Part shown: positions 22,152 through 28,346 of the stretch, in pieces
Numbering within the stretch: the stretch's first letter is position 1
Layout: every line of letters begins with the position of its first letter
NCBI GenBank assembly: GCA_041483715.1
Contig: JBGPGG010000002.1
Location: forward strand, 7,703 to 71,702
Direction: 5' to 3'
From: Thermoanaerobaculia bacterium
GTDB lineage: Bacteria > Acidobacteriota > Thermoanaerobaculia > UBA5066 > Gp7-AA6
DNA: 64,000 bases
Translations under genes and position numbers: made by a program
The notes under the pieces: model-generated
Databases searched by the model: none
Seen by the model: only the letters and a program-made list of their open reading frames with translations
What the model was told of the DNA's origin: nothing

Positions 22152-22784
22152 CTATCCGGTCGCGGCGGCCGCCCGGACCTCGGCGGCGATCTGGTCCACG
22201 TACTCGACCAGGCCGTGATCCCCATCCGGGATCGCGATGAAACGCGACCCGGGCTTGAGGGCCCCGCTCGCCTCCCACCGCCGCCACGTCTCGTAAACGC
22301 CGTCGAACGGCACGCTCTCGTCCTTCGCTCCCATCAGGATCGTCACCCGCGCGCGCGGCGCGTCCCGATCGGCGCTCACCCTCGCCATCTCCTCGAAGAA
22401 ACGCCGATGGATCGGGATCTCCCGGTTCTGCCCGTGGTGGAAGAACGGCAGCGGATCCCCGGCGGCAAGCTTCTCCGTCCACCGCCCGCCGAATCCCAGC
22501 GCCGGCGCGATCAGCACCAGAGGCGCCCGGACCCCCTTAAGGCTGGCCTCCAACGCCACCATCGCCCCGAGCGAGCTCCCCACCACCACGGCTGGCGCCT
22601 CGGCCTCCGCCGCCCAGACAGCAGCCGCCACGATTTCCCGAAAGTCCAGCTTCTCGAACGACGGCCGGTTCAGGTCCGGGGCCACAACCCGTAACTCGTC
22701 CGACGGCAGCGCCTCACGCAACAGCGCAATCTTCCGCCCCGCCGGCGACGACGCGAAGCCGTGGAGATAGAGGACCGTGCGCAC
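22152..22784 (-). CDS. Alpha/beta hydrolase (YqiA-like esterase)
   Basis: LYLHGFASSP and the GSSLGA nucleophile elbow. GTG start. Confidence 0.7.
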   Translation of the reverse strand: MRTVLYLHGFASSPAGRKIALLREALPSDELRVVAPDLNRPSFEKLDFREIVAAAVWAAEAEAPAVVVGSSLGAMVALEASLKGVRAPLVLIAPALGFGGRWTEKLAAGDPLPFFHHGQNREIPIHRRFFEEMARVSADRDAPRARVTILMGAKDESVPFDGVYETWRRWEASGALKPGSRFIAIPDGDHGLVEYVDQIAAEVRAAAATG

Positions 22785-22919
22785 CGGAGGAAGATACCCG
22801 ACGGCTCCAGCGAGCGAACTAGAAGAAGGGCAAGACCGACGCTCCGCGAGCGGGAGTTGGCCGTACCGGCCTAAACTGCTCCCGTCGTCTCAGCGCCCTC
22901 TTCAACAGCCGCCAGAGAC

Positions 22920-24311
22920 TCATGGCACGCCTCCCCGTTGCATGCGCTCGAGCTGTTCCCGAAGCTCGCGAAGCGCGCGTGGATCCGTCTTCTTGCGGCG
23001 GACTGACTCCCTCAAGAGAGCCATGGCCGCAATACCTTCTCTGACCAGATGTTCCCCATCGATCACCGGAAGGGCCGCAACGATCTCGGAAATGGCCTCG
23101 TTTTCGCGACCGGCGGCCATGAGTGTTTCCGCAAGGACGACACGTAGGTAGGCCGCATGAGAAGGAAATTCCCCGGCGGAATACACAACGACTGCTGCGC
23201 GGTACGAGTCAACGGCGCGATCAAGCTGCCCCTGATCTCTCAATAGCTCCCCTTCGACTGCGTGAAGATGAGCCACAGCGAGGGGCGTACCCGACTCCTT
23301 CAGCATCTGGATGGCCTTCAGTATGTTGCTATGGGCCGCCTCAAAGAGCCCTAAACGTCCTTCGAGCTCGGCAATTCCTGTGAAGACCATGCCTTGCAGC
23401 GATCTTTCGCCCTGGATAGCAGGATCACGGCTCAGAGCATCAAAAGCGACTCGCGCCTCCGCATCTCTTCCAATCTCCTTCAGAGTAATCGCCTCGAGCA
23501 GGCAGCACTTTGCAAACGACAGGCGCATTCCTAGTCGCGCGAACCTCTCCTTGAGCTCTGCCAGACTAGCAATGACTTCTTGATAGCAGCGCAACTCATG
23601 TAGGACTGCCAATCGCACGTAACCCGCTCGCGCCCGGAGTCTCTCAGCGCCCGCGATCCCGTCGCAGTTGTGCTCTAGGCGGTCCAGCCAAGCCTGAGAT
23701 TCGCGGTAGCGACCGCAATGCTTGTTTCCGACTGCGGCGATCCACGCAAGCTCGGCAAGACGAAGCTCAAACTCTTGACCCGGTTCGAAAACTTGCCGGT
23801 TCGTGTCCAGCCACCCGTAGACGAGGATCGCCTCCTCGACACTCTTGAGCGGAGACGTCTCGACCATGCTTCTTAGCCTCGCGCAGGCGGCAAGAAGCAC
23901 TGCCGGATCGCTGAGGAACCGCCGGTTTAGATCCTCCGATCGGGATCGCGCTGGGATCCCGAGGAAGCCTCGGACCATCTCGTGCCTCAGGGTCTGATCA
24001 ACCGCGATTCGCTCCCAGGTTTCGGCTTCGTCGAAGCTGCTCCAGCGATTCGCATGAAGCCATGCCAAGTACGACAACCGCGCCAGCAGGTCAGCTTGCT
24101 CGCCAACCCTGTCGTCGGGCCAGGACATCTGTTGAACGGACTGGTAGAAGAGCGCAATTGATCGAAGCCTGCCCTCGCAATGACCGTCTTCCCGAGCGAT
24201 GAGTCTGCACATTGCGTGCATCTCGTCGGCGCGATCCGGATCACACACCGCTTTCAGCTCGGCCATTTCGCCCACCTGGATTCGACGCCAGGCGATCTCG
24301 GCTCGCCTCAT
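22920..24311 (-). CDS. Large TPR-like repeat protein, island module 1 (possibly extends to an ATC start at 24404)
   Basis: 463 aa. The C-terminal half is clearly paralogous to 24890-26011, for example AAYLRVVLAETL...ALLRESVRRKKTDPRALRELREQL versus AAYLRVVLAEAL...AILRESVRQRKTDPRALLELREYL. Helical-repeat composition. Confidence 0.7.
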   Translation of the reverse strand: MRRAEIAWRRIQVGEMAELKAVCDPDRADEMHAMCRLIAREDGHCEGRLRSIALFYQSVQQMSWPDDRVGEQADLLARLSYLAWLHANRWSSFDEAETWERIAVDQTLRHEMVRGFLGIPARSRSEDLNRRFLSDPAVLLAACARLRSMVETSPLKSVEEAILVYGWLDTNRQVFEPGQEFELRLAELAWIAAVGNKHCGRYRESQAWLDRLEHNCDGIAGAERLRARAGYVRLAVLHELRCYQEVIASLAELKERFARLGMRLSFAKCCLLEAITLKEIGRDAEARVAFDALSRDPAIQGERSLQGMVFTGIAELEGRLGLFEAAHSNILKAIQMLKESGTPLAVAHLHAVEGELLRDQGQLDRAVDSYRAAVVVYSAGEFPSHAAYLRVVLAETLMAAGRENEAISEIVAALPVIDGEHLVREGIAAMALLRESVRRKKTDPRALRELREQLERMQRGGVP

Positions 24312-24416
24312 GGCCTCCTCGGTACCGAGTCCCGTCGGGATCTCTCGACCCCGGGTGGCTTCCAGCCAGCCAAGGATCGCCGCGGAATCAGGACCGGTGG
24401 TGATGGTCCACCTCCT

Positions 24417-24782
24417 CTAGCATTCGGAGGCCTCCCGATCATCGGGTCGGAGTTCCGTCCTGTCTGCTGCACCCCACCTGGCGGCCAGCTGCGCACGCCG
24501 GGCGGCCTTGCGCTGGTGGTTGATCGAAAGGAGGTCGACAACCTGGATCAACCAGGCCCTAGGGTTCCCGGCAGAATCGATCTTCACTATGGCGAGGAGG
24601 AATGCGTCCTGCACGATGTCCCGGGCATCCTCCTTGGAAAGACCATGCTTCCAAGTAGCCCGACGCACGAGAGGCAGAAAGGTCTGGCGGTAGAAGACAT
24701 CCAGATCCGCCTCCGCCATGGGCACTCGAGCGGTGCTCGCACCGGGCTGTCCAGGGGGCCTCTGTTTCGCCCGTGACGACAT
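24417..24782 (-). CDS. Small sigma-70 region-2-only protein (ECF-like sigma2 domain, no region 4), island module 1
   Basis: ATG 24782 is preceded by GGAGGA. ARDIVQDAFLLAI and NPRAWLIQVVDLLSINHQRK resemble ECF regions 2.1-2.4. The protein ends about 30 aa later with no HTH. Confidence 0.65.
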   Translation of the reverse strand: MSSRAKQRPPGQPGASTARVPMAEADLDVFYRQTFLPLVRRATWKHGLSKEDARDIVQDAFLLAIVKIDSAGNPRAWLIQVVDLLSINHQRKAARRAQLAARWGAADRTELRPDDREASEC

Positions 24783-24834
24783 CAAATCCTCCGGTTTGGG
24801 GTCACCGGGATCCCTTACTTACATATTGTCATGA

Positions 24835-24857
24835 GGGAGGGAGGGAGGGAGGGAGGG
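24835..24857. repeat. (GGGA)n tetranucleotide tract with six G3 runs (G-quadruplex-type motif on +, C-rich on -)
   Basis: GGGAGGGAGGGAGGGAGGGAGGG lies between the module 2 stop (24890) and the module 1 start (24782). Confidence 0.9.
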
Positions 24858-24889
24858 CCCAAGTCGACCACGATGGGGCCTCAGAGGGC

Positions 24890-26011
24890 CTAGTTCTTTG
24901 TCTGCAGGTACTCTCGGAGCTCGAGGAGGGCTCTCGGATCGGTCTTCCGCTGACGGACGGACTCGCGAAGAATTGCAACAGCCGCGAAGCTCTCCGGAAC
25001 CATCTTTTCCTGATCGATCGTCGGCAAAGCGGCGAGGATCTCCCATTCGGCCTCGCGCGGATTCCCTCCCTCAAGAAGAGCTTCTGCTAGCACGACGCGA
25101 AGATAGGCCGCACGCGCCTCCATACCCAGAGCCACGTAGTCGTTTACAGATTCTCTGAACGCCTGCACCGCGGCGCCCAGATGACCCGTGCGCTGCAGTG
25201 TTCCTCCGAGCATCAGCTTCAGGTCTGCCAGCGCAGAGAACCGGTTCGCGCTCTGAAGAAGCGGCGATGCCTGCCTGTATGCTACAAGAGCGCTGTCGAA
25301 GGAGCCCTGCTCCGATCGCAAGTTCCCGAGGTTTACCAGGGCCATTCCGCAAAGCGCCGGCTCGATCCGATACTCCTCTCCCGAAGCCAGCCGTTCGAAA
25401 CTAACAGCCGCCTCCTCGACCCTCCCAAGTTCCTTCAGGCTCATCGCTTCAAGGAATCGGCACTTCGCCAGATCGTTCTCCATCCCGAGCTTCTGAAACG
25501 TGAGAGCGACCGAAGGCACGAGTTCCAGGACTTCTTCGTGGCGCCTCATGTCATATCGGAGGGTCAGCCGAATGTACGAGACGCGGGCAAGATGCGCCGC
25601 GGGGGCTACGGTGTGCCGGAAACTCGCATCCGCCCTGTCCAGCCAGCGCTCGGTCTCGTCCCTCTTGCCAAGGAGGCGGAAACTGCCAGCCGCGAGGAGC
25701 GCGCTCTCTCCAAGGAAGTAATCCCGCTCGTCGAAAAAGAAGTCTCGGGCCCCCTTCGCGGAGAGCCACTTGTAGATGCGAGGCGACTCCTCTGCGACAT
25801 CCGACGGACTGGTATTGATGAGCTCCCAGAGCTCAGAACAGATGGACGTGAGGACGTCCCCGTCTGAATAAGCTTCGTTGACACACTGCTCGGAGCGGTC
25901 AGCCTCCGGAAGGTTGCGAAACGTCCTAGCCCGGGCCGACGCCTCCTCGCGCGAGCAGGACGCGACGCCGACCCTGGCGCGGAACGGAAGAACCTTGGCG
26001 ACTTCAGGCAT
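24890..26011 (-). CDS. TPR-like repeat protein, island module 2
   Basis: Start MPEVAKV at 26011 overlaps the upstream stop (ATGCCTGA). Paralog of 22920-24311. Confidence 0.7.
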   Translation of the reverse strand: MPEVAKVLPFRARVGVASCSREEASARARTFRNLPEADRSEQCVNEAYSDGDVLTSICSELWELINTSPSDVAEESPRIYKWLSAKGARDFFFDERDYFLGESALLAAGSFRLLGKRDETERWLDRADASFRHTVAPAAHLARVSYIRLTLRYDMRRHEEVLELVPSVALTFQKLGMENDLAKCRFLEAMSLKELGRVEEAAVSFERLASGEEYRIEPALCGMALVNLGNLRSEQGSFDSALVAYRQASPLLQSANRFSALADLKLMLGGTLQRTGHLGAAVQAFRESVNDYVALGMEARAAYLRVVLAEALLEGGNPREAEWEILAALPTIDQEKMVPESFAAVAILRESVRQRKTDPRALLELREYLQTKN

Positions 26012-26402
26012 CGGACCGCCGGAAGTCGTAGAGCTGGAGACTGCGTGAGAAGTCGTGAGCCACATCCACGGGCTCGCGATCGAGAAGAGACTTCAACTTC
26101 TCATCGGAAGCGCGAACGCCGGTTCCGACGACGTACTTCTGATACTCGCGGGCGAACTGGCAGCAAGCGACGAGCAGGTAAGGACGGTTTTCTCTGATCG
26201 AAGCGCCGGGGCGATAGCAGAAGCGGCGAAACCAGACGAAGAGATCTTTTTCGAGCTCGGTCGCCTCCTGCTCGGTCAACTGGTAGTGGGAAACCAAGGC
26301 GATGTGGATGAGGCCGAGGGTCTCTTGAAAGACCGACTGAACCTCCGTCTCGAATACGTTCTCCGCCGAGGGAGTCGCTTCGAATTCGTCCGAGATCTCC
26401 AT
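26004..26402 (-). CDS. Small degenerate sigma-70 region-2-like protein, island module 2
   Basis: AGGAGA lies 6 nt upstream of the ATG. ATELEKDLFVWFRRF and RPYLLVACCQFAREYQKY align with the sigma2-like motifs of 24417-24782. The similarity is weak and was aligned by eye. Confidence 0.55.
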   Translation of the reverse strand: MEISDEFEATPSAENVFETEVQSVFQETLGLIHIALVSHYQLTEQEATELEKDLFVWFRRFCYRPGASIRENRPYLLVACCQFAREYQKYVVGTGVRASDEKLKSLLDREPVDVAHDFSRSLQLYDFRRSDA

Positions 26403-26764
26403 ACCCAGTCTCCTGTCTTCGGGAGTAGGTGAAGACTATACCTTCCTGCGAAAAACACAATACCCCAAGTCGCAAACATGCAACTCAGGACAAAGGCTTT
26501 AATATCAGCTATTTAGTTGCGTTCTTATGAAGGAACGCCGCCGGTGAGATCATTCAAAACGAACCCCTTTTCGCCAAAAGCCCCTGGCCCAATGCCCGGG
26601 GCCAAAAAACCTAGTCCTGCGGCCACGGCGGCAATGCAAGAGCAGCCCGAATGGGCAGGCTTCGCCCCGTACGCCGACCGTGACTTCATAGATTCCCACC
26701 TACCAAGCGGGCCGACAGCGCGGCCCAAAAACGAATCAGGGATATTTCATCACAGGCTCAGGCC

Positions 26765-26792
26765 GAGGGTGTCAAGTATTTTTGACACCCTC
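26765..26792. promoter_or_regulatory. Perfect 11-bp inverted repeat GAGGGTGTCAA-N6-TTGACACCCTC (hairpin or operator)
   Basis: Read directly from the sequence. It lies in the 426-bp AT-richer spacer between the island and the dacB stop. A second short hairpin, CCGGGGG-CCT-CCCCCGG, follows at 26808-26824. Confidence 0.5.
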
Positions 26793-26828
26793 ATGTGACC
26801 CGCAGTTCCGGGGGCCTCCCCCGGCCCC

Positions 26829-28328
26829 CTACCCCTTCTGGATCAGGGTGCGGACCAGGCGGTCCTGGTAGGCATGGCCACGGGACTCGCTGACCCCCGG
26901 GCCGTTGAGCAGGATGGCGAACGCGTAGGTCCTGCCGGATTCAGCCTGGGCGTACCCCGCAAGGGCCGAGACGCCGCTCAGGGTGCCCGTCTTGGCCTGG
27001 ACCTGCCCCTTCCCGGTGGAGTCAATGAGGCGGTTCCGGAGCGAACCCTCGCTATCCCCCGAGACAGCCAGGGTGGAGCGCCAGACGGCCCCTTGCGGGT
27101 GGAGGCTCATGGCGCGAAGAAACTTCACCATGTCGCCGGCGGTCACCCGATTTGCGGCAGAAAGGCCCGACCCGTCATGGATGTCGAAGCGGGCCGGGTC
27201 GAGGCCGATCGAGGCGAGAAACTGCTTGGACAGCGCCAGGGCGCCTTCCCACGTGCCCCGCCCGGTCTTCTCGAGCGCCAGCGTCTTGAAGATCTGCTCG
27301 GCGTAGAAGCTCTGGCTGTGCTTGTTCGACACGGACATCGTCGCAATCAGGTCCGACTCGGTCGTCGCGACGAGCATCCAGCCGTTGTCGGGCTTGACGG
27401 CACGCTCGACTACGGCGCCCGTGAGCTCGATTCCCGCAGCGCGCAGGCGGCTTTTCAGCGCGGCGCCGAAGAACTTCGGCGGATCGTCGATCGCGAGCGG
27501 CACGGAGTAGCGAAAGTAGCGGGCCGGGACCGTTCCGTCGACGTAGACCTGGTCGGACCCTCCCGGGCGCGCCACGGCGATGCGGACCTTGCCCGTCTTG
27601 CCGACCGTCCTCGCGCGCGGGACGGTTTGAACGATGTCGGTGGCGGGATCGATGGAGACGATCGCCGGAGCGCCGGGAAGCGCGCCGCGGCCCACGGACA
27701 CGATCACGACGTTGTCGTTGTACGAGAGGGCCGAGATGGGCGCCTGGTACCAGCGCGTGTCGCGGTCCGGCGGCCAGTCGGGGTGGCGGTAGATTCGATC
27801 GAACGCGCTCGCGTTCAGGATCAGGTCGCCCGAAACGCGCATGATCCCGGCCTGCTTGAGGCCCTCCGCCCACCGATCGAACACGGCGAAGGAATCGTTC
27901 TCGTAAAAACGCCCCGAAATGTTGGGGTCTCCCCCGCCGACGACGAGGAGCGACCCCATGAGGTTGCCCTCGCGAACTTCGCCCCGGCGCCAGAAGGTCG
28001 TGCGGAACTTGTAGGTCGGCCCGAGGTAGTGCAGCGCGGCGGCCGAAGAGATCATCTTCGTGACCGAGGCGATCGTCTCGGGCTGATCCGGGTTCCGCGC
28101 GTAGACGATCTCGCCGGTTTCGAGGTCCGAGATCGCGACGGAGACGCCAGGGGACCGTGCCGGGGAGCGGCGACCGATCTGATCGAGCGCCTGCGGTAGC
28201 GTCTGCGGGGCGGCGGGCGGCGACTTGCGCGGCTTTGAAGCCTGCGCCGCCGGCGCGGCGAGCAGGGCGAGGACCGCGACGATCGTCGCAATCCTGTTCG
28301 GTTTCAGCTCCGACCCACTCACCCTCAA
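26829..28328 (-). CDS. dacB: D-alanyl-D-alanine carboxypeptidase/endopeptidase (PBP4 family)
   Basis: Signal peptide, ASVTKM (SxxK) and KTGTLSGVSALAGY (KTG). Confidence 0.85.
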   Translation of the reverse strand: MRVSGSELKPNRIATIVAVLALLAAPAAQASKPRKSPPAAPQTLPQALDQIGRRSPARSPGVSVAISDLETGEIVYARNPDQPETIASVTKMISSAAALHYLGPTYKFRTTFWRRGEVREGNLMGSLLVVGGGDPNISGRFYENDSFAVFDRWAEGLKQAGIMRVSGDLILNASAFDRIYRHPDWPPDRDTRWYQAPISALSYNDNVVIVSVGRGALPGAPAIVSIDPATDIVQTVPRARTVGKTGKVRIAVARPGGSDQVYVDGTVPARYFRYSVPLAIDDPPKFFGAALKSRLRAAGIELTGAVVERAVKPDNGWMLVATTESDLIATMSVSNKHSQSFYAEQIFKTLALEKTGRGTWEGALALSKQFLASIGLDPARFDIHDGSGLSAANRVTAGDMVKFLRAMSLHPQGAVWRSTLAVSGDSEGSLRNRLIDSTGKGQVQAKTGTLSGVSALAGYAQAESGRTYAFAILLNGPGVSESRGHAYQDRLVRTLIQKG

Positions 28329-28346
28329 ATTATAATCGACCCTATC

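Noticed and set aside
22777-23151. Plus-strand ORFs across the island (for example 24180-24776 and 25181-25867)
   Set aside because: They are antisense to the paralogous TPR and sigma2-like genes, are not conserved between the two module copies in that frame, and have Arg/Ser/Pro-rich composition.
26517-26798. 93-aa plus-strand ORF in the island-dacB spacer
   Set aside because: There is no SD, the amino-acid composition is atypical, and it spans the palindrome and hairpin. The region is more likely non-coding regulatory or terminator sequence, so I left it uncalled.
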